Assembly (NCBI GenBank): GCA_963769935.1
Contig: CAVYNY010000030.1
Location: 32,001 to 96,000 of the forward strand
Origin: an uncultured delta proteobacterium
Lineage (GTDB): Bacteria; Desulfobacterota; Desulfobacteria; Desulfobacterales; JAFDCJ01
Length of the DNA stretch: 64,000 bases
Direction of reading: 5' to 3'
Both the position numbers and the translations under genes were made by a program. The notes beneath the pieces are model-generated. The model saw only the letters and a list, made by a program, of their open reading frames with translations, did no database searches and was not told the DNA's origin. Positions 43,718 to 54,514 of the stretch are shown here, one piece after another (position 1 is the stretch's first letter; each line of letters starts with the position of its first letter).

Positions 43718-44155
43718 GTGGCGTATGTTTGCATCTTGAATTTTAAGGACCGCTGGCAGAGCAAGGGCTTCATGTGGGAAGATCAGCCGGTGCTCGCGCA
43801 CGGCGACGTGACGCCCACCAACATCTTGTTCGGCGATGAACTCTGGGTGATCGCCGTCGATTTGGAGCGAATGAAATTGGGCGACCGGGTTTTTGACTTG
43901 GGCAGGCTGACCGGTGAGATCAAACATTTTTTTATGCAGTATGCCGGCAAGAAAGACTTGGCAGAACCTTACATCGGCCACTTCCTCTGGGAATACGCCG
44001 GTCATTTCCAAGATCAGCGCGGCACTTTTGCCGCCGTTACCCGCCGCCTGCCCTATTATATGGGACTCAACCTGTTGCGGATCGCCCGCAATCCATGGTT
44101 TGATACCGGCTACCGGCGCCGATTGCTTAAGGAAGCCAAGCTGACCTTGCGGTAG
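43718..44155 (+). pseudogene. APH/choline-kinase-like phosphotransferase, C-terminal half only
   Basis: HGDVTPTN, VDLE, FDLG present; no N-lobe and no good start. Confidence 0.65.
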
Positions 44156-44248
44156 TGAAGCATCCCAGCCTAGAAAGCCAGGATTTCACTTGACTCCAGA
44201 CGGCTTGCCTTGGACGTCAGAAAACCCATGGAATAATGGAATAAATAT

Positions 44249-44977
44249 ATGCGGATAAAAGGCATTCTTTTTGATCTGTACGGGACGCTCATCGATATCG
44301 AGACCGACGAATCCTTGGATAAGATTTACCGGGGCATCAGCCGCTTTTTGATCTATCAGGGAATAAACCTGCGCTGGCAAAATCTCCGCGACCTTTACTA
44401 CGCGATCATGCAGGAGCAGCGGCAAGCCAGCAGCGAGCAGCATCCGGAAATAGACGTTGAGGCAATCTGGGATGCGCTGCTTGCCCGGCAGGGTCTGGCC
44501 TCCGAAGCCAAGCGGCGCGGCCTGAAAAGGTATTTGGCCCAGCTTTACCGCGGGCTGTCTCTCAAGCGCCTGAAACGCTTCGCGTATGTAAAGCGCGTAT
44601 TGAATACCCTCCGGCGCCCTTATCGCATGGCGATTGTCTCCGATGCCCAACCCTGCTTTGCGGGGGCCGAAATCCGGACGGTAAAGCTGGAAGGCTATTT
44701 CGATCCGCTCATCATATCGGCCAACTGCGGGTTTCGAAAACCGGATCCGCGTATGATCCGACTGGCATTGGATAAGATCAGGTTGACACCGGGCGAAGTG
44801 ATCTTCGTCGGCAACGATATGTATCGCGATATTTACTGTGCCCAACAACTGGGAATAAAAACCGTTTTTTTCGCTTCCACCTCGGGCGCTCAATCCTACG
44901 AGGAGGTTGTCCCGGACTTCCGCATTGCCCAATTCAAGGATTTGCTGCCGGCGGTGAAAGCCCTGGCGCAGGATTGA
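44249..44977 (+). CDS. HAD-superfamily hydrolase
   Basis: FDLYGTL, VSD, KPD, VGND..DI. Confidence 0.88.
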   Translation: MRIKGILFDLYGTLIDIETDESLDKIYRGISRFLIYQGINLRWQNLRDLYYAIMQEQRQASSEQHPEIDVEAIWDALLARQGLASEAKRRGLKRYLAQLYRGLSLKRLKRFAYVKRVLNTLRRPYRMAIVSDAQPCFAGAEIRTVKLEGYFDPLIISANCGFRKPDPRMIRLALDKIRLTPGEVIFVGNDMYRDIYCAQQLGIKTVFFASTSGAQSYEEVVPDFRIAQFKDLLPAVKALAQD

Positions 44978-45184
44978 ATTTATTTTGGCAGCCGATAAGT
45001 ACCATCCAGCCTGGATACCATATTGCCATAGCGTTCCAGGAGATCCGAACAGGCTTTTTCAAACTCCGCTTCGGTTAATTCACCCTTCTTATGCAAAGCT
45101 TCAATTGCCGAATATTCATTTTCATACCATCGTTCTGGATCAAAGTTATAGGTCATCGACGATAATCCTTTGGGGAATCAGCCA

Positions 45185-46180
45185 TTAATTTGAGGAAAAC
45201 GCTTCGTCGAATACCCGGTTTGACGGCTTGAAATCGATCTGCTTCACGAACGCCGCAGCTTCGCTGGCGCCGATTTCGCGATCCATGGCCGCGTCTTCCC
45301 ACTCCACGGAGAGTGGGCCGTCATACTTAAGGATATTCAAGGCTCGGATGATCTCTTCAAAGTCGATCTGCCCGCGTCCCAGGGAACGGAAGTCCCATCC
45401 CCGCCCCGGTTCGCCGAAATTCAAGTAGCTGCCGAGGATCCCCGAGGTGCCGTCCAGAGAAACAATGGCATCCTTCATGTGCACATGGTAGATCCGGTCC
45501 GGAAAAGCCTTGAGAAATTTTACGGGATCCACTCCCTGCCATTCAAGGTGGCTGGGATCGAAGTTGAACCCGAACGCCTCCCTGCGGCCGATGGCCTCGA
45601 GGGTCCTCTGCGCAGTGATGAGGTCAAAGGCGATCTCGGTGGGATGCACCTCGAGGGCGAATTTGACGCCGTTTTCATCAAAGACGTCCAGAATCGGGTT
45701 CCACATATCCGCAAAGTATCTAAACCCCTCTTCGATTTGATCTTTGCTGACCGGCGGAAAAGAGTAGATAAGATGCCATATGGAAGAACCGGTAAAGCCG
45801 TTGACAACCTTCAATCCCATGTTTCTGGCTGCGACGGCGGTCTGTTTCATGGTTTCCACCGCCCAGGCTCTTTTCTTTTCCGGGTCTCCGGCACAGTCTG
45901 CCGGCGCAAAGCCGTCGGAACGGGCATCGTTGTTGAGATCGCATACCAGCTGTCCGGCAAGGTGATGCGATATGGAATAGACGCTCAGATTGTTTTCTTT
46001 GAGGATATTTTTCTGCCCTTCACAATAAGCCGGATCGGCGGCTCCTCTGGCCGGATCGAAATGATCGCCCCAGCAGGCGAGTTCCAGCCCGTCATATCCC
46101 CACTCACTGGCCTTTTTTGCCAGTTCGGTTAATGGCAGGTCGGCAAATTGTCCGGTAAAAAGTGTTACGGGTCGTGCCAT
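45185..46180 (-). CDS. Sugar phosphate isomerase/epimerase (xylose-isomerase-like TIM barrel)
   Basis: GYDGLE, LEVHP, FDPSH, HVHMKD, SVEWED. Confidence 0.85.
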   Translation of the reverse strand: MARPVTLFTGQFADLPLTELAKKASEWGYDGLELACWGDHFDPARGAADPAYCEGQKNILKENNLSVYSISHHLAGQLVCDLNNDARSDGFAPADCAGDPEKKRAWAVETMKQTAVAARNMGLKVVNGFTGSSIWHLIYSFPPVSKDQIEEGFRYFADMWNPILDVFDENGVKFALEVHPTEIAFDLITAQRTLEAIGRREAFGFNFDPSHLEWQGVDPVKFLKAFPDRIYHVHMKDAIVSLDGTSGILGSYLNFGEPGRGWDFRSLGRGQIDFEEIIRALNILKYDGPLSVEWEDAAMDREIGASEAAAFVKQIDFKPSNRVFDEAFSSN

Positions 46181-46230
46181 GATTTACCTCCTTAGTTCAA
46201 AATGGATAACGATATGGAATATTCAAGCCT

Positions 46231-47397
46231 CTAATTGTAGCGCTTCATGGGGTACCACTTCTGATCGCTTTTGCCGCTTTCCACGGCCGATTCAATAAAT
46301 GCAAGCCCTCGGGCACCATCAATTACCGTTGGAAAATCAAGCTCAAGCGCTGTGGGCTGCCTACCCTCCAGCTTGGCCCGGATCGTATCGGTAACATTCA
46401 TATAGATGTTGGCAAAGGCCTCTATGAAGGCTTCGGGATGCCCGGCCGGCAGTCGGGTAGCCCGCCGGGCTGCTTCGCACAGGTACCCGTTGCCGCGGCG
46501 ATACAGCTGGGCCGGTCCTTCGTTGGTCCTGAACCATAGCTGGTTGGGCTCCTCCTGGTGCCACTCCAGCGCAGCCTTGACGCCGTAAACCCGAATGCGG
46601 AGGTTGTTTTCTTCTCCAGCCGAAAACTGGGAGGCGTAAAGAATTCCACAAGCGCCATTCTCGAAATGGAGCAGAATATTGCCATCGTTATCCAGGGGAC
46701 GCTCAAAAATACTCTTCAGGTCGGCACAGATCTCTGTCAGCTCCAGGCCCGTGATATAATGGGCGAGGTTGTGACAGTGGGATCCGATGTCTCCCATACA
46801 ATTGGAAACACCCGACTGCTTGGGATCGGTCCGCCAGGCGGCCTGTTTCTGCCCCTCCTGTTCGATCGGCGCGAGAAGCCAACCCTGGGGATACTCGACA
46901 ACAATTTTCAGAATTTCACCCAATTCACCGTTTTGCACCATATGGCGGGCCTGCTTTACCATGGGGTAACCGGTGTAGTTATGGGTCAGGGCAAATACGA
47001 TGCCCGACTGTTCGACCACGTCAACCAGTTGCTTGGCTTCTGCCAGGGAGTAGGTCATAGGTTTGTCGCAGATGATATGGATGCCTGAATCGGCAAAAAT
47101 CTTGGCAACCGGGAAGTGCATCTTGTTGGGGGTTACAATGGATACAAAATCGATCCGCTCACCCGGCGGCATTTTTGATTCAGCCTCGGCCATCTCGGAA
47201 TAGGTCCCATAAGATCGCTCTGCGGGCAGCAGCAGTTCCCGCGCCGATGCTGCCGCCTTTGCCGGATCGGAAGAGAGGGCCCCTGCAACCAGTTCAACCT
47301 TACCGTCCAGCAATGCAGCCCGGCGGTGAACCGCACCGATGAAAGCGTCCTTTCCACCTCCGACCATGCCCATTTTCAATTTACGTTCCAGTGTCAT
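46231..47397 (-). CDS. Gfo/Idh/MocA-family NAD(P) oxidoreductase
   Basis: GMVGGG, TPN..H, CDKP, DIGSH. Confidence 0.9.
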   Translation of the reverse strand: MTLERKLKMGMVGGGKDAFIGAVHRRAALLDGKVELVAGALSSDPAKAAASARELLLPAERSYGTYSEMAEAESKMPPGERIDFVSIVTPNKMHFPVAKIFADSGIHIICDKPMTYSLAEAKQLVDVVEQSGIVFALTHNYTGYPMVKQARHMVQNGELGEILKIVVEYPQGWLLAPIEQEGQKQAAWRTDPKQSGVSNCMGDIGSHCHNLAHYITGLELTEICADLKSIFERPLDNDGNILLHFENGACGILYASQFSAGEENNLRIRVYGVKAALEWHQEEPNQLWFRTNEGPAQLYRRGNGYLCEAARRATRLPAGHPEAFIEAFANIYMNVTDTIRAKLEGRQPTALELDFPTVIDGARGLAFIESAVESGKSDQKWYPMKRYN

Positions 47398-47497
47398 GGT
47401 GTCTCCTTTTAAAATTCCTAGAGATTAATTTTCTCTGTTCTGGTTGTTGATTTTCTATAATTTGCTGAAGCAAAAATGACTACATCGGCATGAAAAT

Positions 47498-47520
47498 ATT
47501 AATTTAAACATTGAATCAAA
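47498..47520. promoter_or_regulatory. Putative ROK operator 1
   Basis: ATTAATT-taaacattg-AATCAAA (TT-N9-AA). Confidence 0.55.
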
Positions 47521-47683
47521 TCTCGCAAATTAACTTGCACCAGCCCCCATATTTTGTCAAGATGAATCTATTCCAAGAAATTTCATTGTAATTGAAATTA
47601 AAATATTATATATTTTTTCAACATGTTATATTGCTTTTCAGCAGTCATGGCGCTATGGTGCCGCCGCCAGTACCCGACTGTGA

Positions 47684-47706
47684 ATTAATTTAAACTTAAA
47701 AATAAT
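47684..47706. promoter_or_regulatory. Putative ROK operator 2
   Basis: ATTAATT-taaacttaa-AAATAAT. Confidence 0.6.
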
Positions 47707-47721
47707 GATGGACGAACAAAT

Positions 47722-48936
47722 ATGCAGGCCGCGAATCGTGAAATTACCAAAGCCATCAACCAGTTCAATATTCTGAACACCATCCGCAAGTCAGGCCTGA
47801 TCTCCCGGATTGAGATCGCCCAACTGACAGGCCAGAGCAGGGCGGCGGTGACCAATGTGACGGCCCACCTTATTAGAGAGGGTACGATCCTGGAAAAACA
47901 GACGAAACCCTCTGGTTCGAGGGGGCGCCGCCGGGTGATGCTGGCATTGAATCCCTCGGCCGCCTACGTGGTCGGCGTTAAGCTTTCCGCTTTCCAACTC
48001 AGCTTTGCGGTCACCAACATGCAGGCTGATGTTATCTCCTCGCTGACTGTGCCCGTTAGAATAGGGAAACGCTCCGCTGAATTCGTGACTGATCTGATGG
48101 AAGAAGGAATTCGCCATTGTGTCGCCAAAGCGAAACTCGGGATGAAGATGATTGCAGGCATCGGCGTCGGCATACCGGGTTTTGTGGACAGCCAGAAGGG
48201 CATTACGTATTGGTCACCGCTTTACAGTCAGGGCAACGCCTACTTGAAGGACATGATTCAGGGCCGTTTTAAAATTCCGACGTATATTGAAAACGATGCC
48301 AATACGGTTACCCTTGCCGAGCAGTGGTTCGGTGAAGGCATGGGCGTCGACAATTTTCTCGTGGTAACGGTTGAGCATGGTGTCGGCATGGGAATTGTGG
48401 TAAACGGGCAAATCTACCGCGGAGAGCGGGGAATCGGCGCCGAATTCGGACATCTTGTGATCCGGCCCGGCGGGGAGCCCTGCCGCTGCGGGAAACGGGG
48501 ATGCATCGAGTCTTATGTGGCCGATTACAAGGTGCTCGAAGCGGGTATCAAAGCTGCTGAAGACGGACTCTGGAAATATGAAGACATTTCGTCCCTGACC
48601 ATAGAAGATCTGACCGCGATCGCCGCCAAGGGAGAGCCCGTGCTCAAAGAAATTTTCAAGCGCAGCGGCGAAATATTGGGGCTGGGAATTTCGGGCTTGA
48701 TACAGCTATTCAATCCCAAAAAAATAATTATTGCCGGTGAGGGCGTGCGCGCCGGAAGCCTTTTGTTTAAGTCGATGCACAAAACCATTGCAACTAACAC
48801 CAGCAAAGAGCTCCTTGCGTCCCTGGAAATCATCATTCAAAAGTGGCAGGATACCGATTGGGCCAGAGGGGCCGCCAGCCTTGTTCTGCAAGAACTCTAC
48901 AAATCACCCTTCAACAGCCTCAGACCGATCATCTGA
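47722..48936 (+). CDS. ROK-family transcriptional repressor (XylR/NagC-like)
   Basis: N-terminal HTH SRIEIA..TG.S.AAV, GRRR linker, ENDAN, EFGH, CRCGKRGCIE. Confidence 0.92.
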   Translation: MQAANREITKAINQFNILNTIRKSGLISRIEIAQLTGQSRAAVTNVTAHLIREGTILEKQTKPSGSRGRRRVMLALNPSAAYVVGVKLSAFQLSFAVTNMQADVISSLTVPVRIGKRSAEFVTDLMEEGIRHCVAKAKLGMKMIAGIGVGIPGFVDSQKGITYWSPLYSQGNAYLKDMIQGRFKIPTYIENDANTVTLAEQWFGEGMGVDNFLVVTVEHGVGMGIVVNGQIYRGERGIGAEFGHLVIRPGGEPCRCGKRGCIESYVADYKVLEAGIKAAEDGLWKYEDISSLTIEDLTAIAAKGEPVLKEIFKRSGEILGLGISGLIQLFNPKKIIIAGEGVRAGSLLFKSMHKTIATNTSKELLASLEIIIQKWQDTDWARGAASLVLQELYKSPFNSLRPII

Positions 48937-49033
48937 CAATTACTCCAAAATTGAAAGCCTAATCTCCTCTGGGGTGAAGTCAAATCCTGGCCCTCTGGGT
49001 CAGGATTCTTTACTGATCATGGTTGCGCAAGTT

Positions 49034-50344
49034 TTATACATACGCAGCCAAAATGCTTTCCAGCATTTCCTGGCGACCGCTTTGAAGTGCGGGTTCACCT
49101 TTATCAAGGATATACTGCTCCAGAGTTTCAAAGGAGGCTGCTCCCGATAATATGTCATGGCCGAGACCAAGGTCATAGCTGGCGTAACGACGCCGGACAA
49201 AATCATCCAGGATGCCGTCTTCAATTATCTTCTGAGCAGATAGAAGGCCCCGCGCAAACGTATCCATACCGCTAATGTGGGCATAAAACAAATCCATCTC
49301 GTCACAGGAACCGCGCCTTGGTTTGGCATCAAAATTCAGCCCGCCGCTCCCCAGCCCGCCGATCTTGAGAACTACCAGCATGGCGCGCGTGCTGGCCAAA
49401 GGGTCGGTGGGGTACTGGTCGGTATCCCAGCCCAGCAAGGGATCGCCCACGTTGGCATCGATGCTGCCCAACTTGCCGTTGATGGCCGCAACGGTCAGGT
49501 CGTGTTCAAATGAATGCCCGGCCAGAGTGGCGTGATTGGCTTCGATATTGAGCTTGAAATGATCCAGCAGATCATATTTTCTCAAGAAACCCAGTACCGT
49601 AGCCGCATCGAAGTCGTACTGGTGCTTGGTGGGCTCTTTCGGTTTGGGTTCGATCAGAAATGGTCCTTGGAACCCGATGGAACGGGCATAGTCCACGGCC
49701 ATGTGAAAAAAACGTGCCATTTGTTCCTCTTCGCGCTCCATGTCCGTGTTGAGAAGTGTTTCGTAGCCTTCGCGGCCTCCCCAGAATACATAATTGGCGC
49801 CCCCGAGTTCCTTGGTGGCGGCAATGGCATGTTTAACCTGGGCCGCGGCATAGGCAAACACATGCGCATCCGGGTTGGTTGCCGCCCCGTGGGTGTATCG
49901 CGGGTTGCCGAAAAGATTAGCCGTACCCCACAGCAATCGGATGCCGGTTTCAGACTGCAGGACTGAAGCCTTCTGCACCATCTTTTCAAGGTTTCTACAG
50001 GATTCGGCCAAGCTTTCACCCTCAGGAGCCATGTCCCGGTCATGGAAACAATAGAAAGGCGCTCCCAGTTTCCGGGTAAACTCGAAGGCCGCATGCAGGG
50101 TATGTTCGGCCTTTTCCATGGGGGTTTTGCTCTGTGCCCAAGGCCGGACAAAAACCGGATCCCCAAAGGGGTCGCTGCCGCTGGATTTAAACGTGTGCCA
50201 ATAAGCAACTGAAAAGCGAAGGTGCTCTGCCATGGTTTTTCCGGCTACAATCTGCTCTGGATTATAGTACTTAAAGGCCAGTGGTTCCTTCGAGGCCTTG
50301 CCCTGAAAGGGTATTTTATCCTTGATTTGCGGAAAATATTCCAT
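49034..50344 (-). CDS. xylA: Xylose isomerase (class II)
   Basis: [47 protein letters not shown]. Confidence 0.96.
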   Translation of the reverse strand: MEYFPQIKDKIPFQGKASKEPLAFKYYNPEQIVAGKTMAEHLRFSVAYWHTFKSSGSDPFGDPVFVRPWAQSKTPMEKAEHTLHAAFEFTRKLGAPFYCFHDRDMAPEGESLAESCRNLEKMVQKASVLQSETGIRLLWGTANLFGNPRYTHGAATNPDAHVFAYAAAQVKHAIAATKELGGANYVFWGGREGYETLLNTDMEREEEQMARFFHMAVDYARSIGFQGPFLIEPKPKEPTKHQYDFDAATVLGFLRKYDLLDHFKLNIEANHATLAGHSFEHDLTVAAINGKLGSIDANVGDPLLGWDTDQYPTDPLASTRAMLVVLKIGGLGSGGLNFDAKPRRGSCDEMDLFYAHISGMDTFARGLLSAQKIIEDGILDDFVRRRYASYDLGLGHDILSGAASFETLEQYILDKGEPALQSGRQEMLESILAAYV

Positions 50345-50425
50345 TTTTATTCCTCCTTTTCGCGGAAGTGGCAACGCGGCCCTCCACACCCGGCAAGGTG
50401 CGAGAGCGGTCCGCCCGGCCAATCA

Positions 50426-50448
50426 ATTAATTCAGAAAATAAATTAAT
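50426..50448. promoter_or_regulatory. Putative ROK operator 3 (xylA)
   Basis: ATTAATT-cagaaaata-AATTAAT, perfect arms. Confidence 0.65.
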
Positions 50449-50720
50449 CTAATCCGGCAACTCGTATTATACGGGCTTGTCGCCCGCGCATTGATCAAAA
50501 TTAAACATTAAATTTCAGGTAGTTAAAATAAAAGAGCCCTAAGCACCCTCTGGCCATGCAAGGTCTTGCTCGATCTTCTATCAGGAACACACCGGCCAGA
50601 CAAGCGAAATATCGGATTCCACGGACTATAAATATTCAAACCTGTTTTTGGATATTATATATTATGCAATAATATCAGAATGATATCTATCATAATCGTT
50701 GGACGGTATGTGCCGAAAAA

Positions 50721-50743
50721 ATAAATTTTTGTAAAAAATTAAT
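50721..50743. promoter_or_regulatory. Putative ROK operator 4 (ABC operon)
   Basis: ATAAATT-tttgtaaaa-AATTAAT. Confidence 0.6.
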
Positions 50744-50933
50744 CCTTGATTTAGATATCAAAATCTGTCAGTTTGTATTCACTCTTTCCTGTGATATCGT
50801 GCGCAGGGCAACCAGGCGATGCGGGCACGGTACAATGCCCGTGAGCCGAATCCGGTCCCATCCCGGCACCTGCTTGCAACGCCGAGCCTGGCGTCTCTTT
50901 TTGACAGTCAAATCGGCTATGGAACATCAAGCT

Positions 50934-52451
50934 ATGAGCGATCCGATACTGACCGCAACCTCCATTGTTAAGGAATTTTCAGGGGTCCGGGTATTGAACG
51001 ACATCAACCTGGAAATTTCCGGCGGAGAGGTGTTCGGGATCATCGGCGAAAACGGGGCCGGCAAATCCACACTGATTAAAATTTTCAGCGGCATTTACCA
51101 AGCTACCTCGGGTGACCTTTTTCTGGAGGGACAAAAGATCGACGTCAAAAACCCTATCATGGCCAAAAAGCTTGGGATCAGCACCGTGCCGCAAGAGTTT
51201 AATCTGATCGGCCCCCTCAGCGTGTTTGAAAATATATTCCTGGGCAGTGAAATCAGAAAGTACCTGCTGCTGGACAAAGCCGCCATGAAACGCCGGACCG
51301 TTCAGCTGCTGCAGGAGCTCAACAGTAAGATTTCACCCGACACGCTGGTGGACTCGCTCAGCGTGGCCGAAAAACAGATCGTAGAAATTGCGAAAGCACT
51401 GGTGCACGACTCCAAAATTCTCATTATGGATGAACCCACCACGGTTTTGACCAAAGACGAAACCGGTGTGCTCTTCGGCCGCCTGCGCCAGCTGAAACGC
51501 AAGGGTGTCTCCATCCTCTTCATATCCCACAAACTTAAGGAAATCAGGGAAATTTGCGATAGGGTCATGGTTTTACGTGACGGTCAGCAAATCAGCATCG
51601 ACAAAGCCGACCAGATAGATGAACACGAAATGGCCCACCGCATGGTGGGCCGGGAGCTCACGCAGATCTTTCCGAAGAAAACATTGGCTCAGGATGAACC
51701 TGCGCTTGAGATAAAGGGCCTTGAGGTGGCCGATTCCGTGCATGGGGTTCATTTTTCCTTGGCCAGAGGCGAGGTGCTGGGCATGGCCGGCCTGCGGGGG
51801 TCCGGTCAGACCGAACTGGCAGAGGCCATCATGGGAATCACAAGGATGAAAGCCGGCGAGGTATTGGTGCACGGCAAACCTGTCGCCATTCGATCTCCCC
51901 GCCATGCGGTTCAAGAAAAAATCGCCTATCTTTCAGACGACCGCCAGGGGAAGGGCATCATCGTCAATTTCGATGTTCCCAGCAACATTACCTTGATTTC
52001 CCTGAAAAACTATTCCAGGATACTGATCAACAAGCGCAAAGAGTACCATAGTGCCCAAAACTACGTGAAAAAATTTAGTATCCGGGCGGCATCCCTGGCC
52101 TATGAACTGCAGTATCTGAGCGGCGGAAATCAACAGAAAGTCTATTTATCAAAATGGATGGACACCCGCCCCGAGGTGCTGATACTCAATGAACCCACCC
52201 GGGGGATCGACGTCAACGCCAAAAGCGAAATTTACCATTTTGTGCACTCCCTTGCAGAGAGCGGTATTGCCTGCCTGGTCATATCTTCCGAACTGGAGGA
52301 AGTTATCGGTTTGTGCTCGCGAGTTCTGGTCATGCGGGCCGGAAAAATTGCCGGTGAACTGACCGGTGATGAAATCAATGAAGAGACGATCATGCTATAC
52401 GCCACCGGACTCCAGGACACCGGAACTACAGACGGAATGACAATTCAATGA
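50934..52451 (+). CDS. Sugar ABC ATPase (RbsA/MglA-type, two domains)
   Basis: GENGAGKST, MDEPT, LSGGNQQK, EPTRGIDV. Confidence 0.93.
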   Translation: MSDPILTATSIVKEFSGVRVLNDINLEISGGEVFGIIGENGAGKSTLIKIFSGIYQATSGDLFLEGQKIDVKNPIMAKKLGISTVPQEFNLIGPLSVFENIFLGSEIRKYLLLDKAAMKRRTVQLLQELNSKISPDTLVDSLSVAEKQIVEIAKALVHDSKILIMDEPTTVLTKDETGVLFGRLRQLKRKGVSILFISHKLKEIREICDRVMVLRDGQQISIDKADQIDEHEMAHRMVGRELTQIFPKKTLAQDEPALEIKGLEVADSVHGVHFSLARGEVLGMAGLRGSGQTELAEAIMGITRMKAGEVLVHGKPVAIRSPRHAVQEKIAYLSDDRQGKGIIVNFDVPSNITLISLKNYSRILINKRKEYHSAQNYVKKFSIRAASLAYELQYLSGGNQQKVYLSKWMDTRPEVLILNEPTRGIDVNAKSEIYHFVHSLAESGIACLVISSELEEVIGLCSRVLVMRAGKIAGELTGDEINEETIMLYATGLQDTGTTDGMTIQ

Positions 52452-53392
52452 AAAGAAAGTTCGATTTTGCCAAATATGCCCCGATTTTTGCCCTTGTTAT
52501 CCTGTTCATTATTTCATCATTGGCCAGCCCCTATTTCCTGAATTTTAAAAATATAACCAATATTTTGCGCCAATCGTCGTATACCGGCATCATCGCTCTG
52601 GGAATGACCTTCGTCATCATCTCGGGCGGAATCGACCTGTCGGTTGGATCTATGGTCGCACTTATCGGGGGCATTGTCATCCTGCTGCTCAATTACTTCG
52701 GCGGCGATCCCATGGCGATCGCCGGGGCCATTCTGGCCGGAATGTGCCTGGGCCTGATCGCCGGCGGGCTCAACGGACTTATCGTCACCAAAGGCAAGAT
52801 TGCACCCTTCATTGCCACATTGGGGACCATGTCCATTTTCAGGTCCCTGACTCTTTACATCAGCAACGCCGGTGAGTTCCGCTCAGCCAGCGATATATAT
52901 CCGGTCATCGGTTCCGGGTACTTTCTCAACCTGCCGATTCCGGTCTGGATATTTTTCGGTCTGGCTGTTGTCTTTCACATCCTCTTAAATAACACGCGCT
53001 ACGGCCGGTATGTCTGTGCCGTGGGAGCCAGCGAAAAGGTGGCTGTTTACTCGGCAATCAAAATTGATTGGGTCAAAATGATGACCTATGCCCTGACCGG
53101 GCTGTCCGTTGCCGTCACCTCCATCATGCTCTCATCGCGGTTGAACTCTGTCAGTTCATCCAATGCAGGTGTCTTTTACGAACTGGATGCCATTGCAGCG
53201 GTGGTTATCGGCGGGACCTCCCTGTCCGGAGGAATCGGTACGATCATGGGGACTGTGATCGGGGCTATTATTCTGGGCATGATCAACAATATGCTCAACA
53301 TGGTAGGCGTATCCCCTTACTTACAGGGTACTGTAAAGGGCTTGGTGATTATTTTTGCCGTTCTTGTTCAATACAAACGCAGGAACAATTAA
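52448..53392 (+). CDS. Sugar ABC permease (RbsC-type)
   Basis: GGIDLSVG, PFIATLG, YELDAIAAVVIGG. Confidence 0.93.
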   Translation: MKRKFDFAKYAPIFALVILFIISSLASPYFLNFKNITNILRQSSYTGIIALGMTFVIISGGIDLSVGSMVALIGGIVILLLNYFGGDPMAIAGAILAGMCLGLIAGGLNGLIVTKGKIAPFIATLGTMSIFRSLTLYISNAGEFRSASDIYPVIGSGYFLNLPIPVWIFFGLAVVFHILLNNTRYGRYVCAVGASEKVAVYSAIKIDWVKMMTYALTGLSVAVTSIMLSSRLNSVSSSNAGVFYELDAIAAVVIGGTSLSGGIGTIMGTVIGAIILGMINNMLNMVGVSPYLQGTVKGLVIIFAVLVQYKRRNN

Positions 53393-53444
53393 TTCATCCG
53401 GCGCAGGCCGGAAAATATGTAACCTAAACAAAGGAGGTAGGAAT

Positions 53445-54413
53445 ATGTTGAAACGTTTAATTTCAGTGGCTATTGCAGTGTTGTTTATCTTTTCCGTATC
53501 CGCAGCTTTCGGAGCCGACAAAATCAAGATCGGCGTCTCCATCCCCAGTGCCGATCACGGGTGGACCGGCGGCATCGTGTGGTGGGCCAAAAAAGCCATA
53601 GACGATTGGCACAAAAAGGATCCAAATATCGAATTCTTCCTGGTGACCGCTGATACACCGGCTAAACAGGTGGGGGACGTCGAAGACCTGATGGTAAAAG
53701 GCATCAATGGACTGGTCATTCTACCGCATGACTCCGCACCGCTGACACCCACTGTGGCCGAAGTCCACAGCAAAGGGGTCTACACCGTGGTCGTCGATCG
53801 GGGCCTGACCAAGGATGCCCAGGATGTTTACATTGCCGGCAACAACCCGGGTCTCGGCAGGGTGAGCGGCGAGTGGATGGCGAAAGAACTGGGTGGCAAG
53901 GGCGACATCGTGGTCTTGGAAGGTATCCCTTGTGTCATCAACACCGAACGCGTTGAAGCCTTCAACAAGGTCATGGAACAGTACCCGGGGATTAAAATCC
54001 TCGACTCGCAGCCGGCCTATTGGTCAACGCAAAAAGGGCTGGAGATCATGGAAAACTACCTTCAGAAATATCCAAAAATCGATGCCGTCTGGGCCCAGGA
54101 CGATGACGTTCTGAAGGGTGTGCTGCAGGCTTACAAAGAGTCCGGAAGAAATGACATCAAATTATTTCTGGGGGGTGCCGGTTCCAAGGATGTCGTCAAG
54201 ATGATCATGGACGGGAATAAACTGGTCCGCGCCGATGTCACCTACCCGCCTTCGATGGTGGCAACGGCTATCAGCCTTGCGGCGATGGGATTGCGCGACC
54301 AGCCGCTGAGTGGATTCTACCAGAAAAAGATCCCGTCAAAAATCGTTTTGGCAGCGGAACTGATCACCAAGGAAAATGCCAAAGACTACTACGAACCGAA
54401 GTCCATTTACTAA
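53445..54413 (+). CDS. Sugar ABC substrate-binding protein
   Basis: GGAGG RBS, signal peptide, DHGWTGG, VVDR, ER..F, QDD. Confidence 0.9.
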   Translation: MLKRLISVAIAVLFIFSVSAAFGADKIKIGVSIPSADHGWTGGIVWWAKKAIDDWHKKDPNIEFFLVTADTPAKQVGDVEDLMVKGINGLVILPHDSAPLTPTVAEVHSKGVYTVVVDRGLTKDAQDVYIAGNNPGLGRVSGEWMAKELGGKGDIVVLEGIPCVINTERVEAFNKVMEQYPGIKILDSQPAYWSTQKGLEIMENYLQKYPKIDAVWAQDDDVLKGVLQAYKESGRNDIKLFLGGAGSKDVVKMIMDGNKLVRADVTYPPSMVATAISLAAMGLRDQPLSGFYQKKIPSKIVLAAELITKENAKDYYEPKSIY

Positions 54414-54514
54414 AATAAAGCCTAGCGTGAATCCTTTTAGCGGGCCGGAAACAGCCGCACACCTTGTATGCCCGGCCCGCATGTATTCCGACATCGCACG
54501 ATCAAGAGAAAGGC

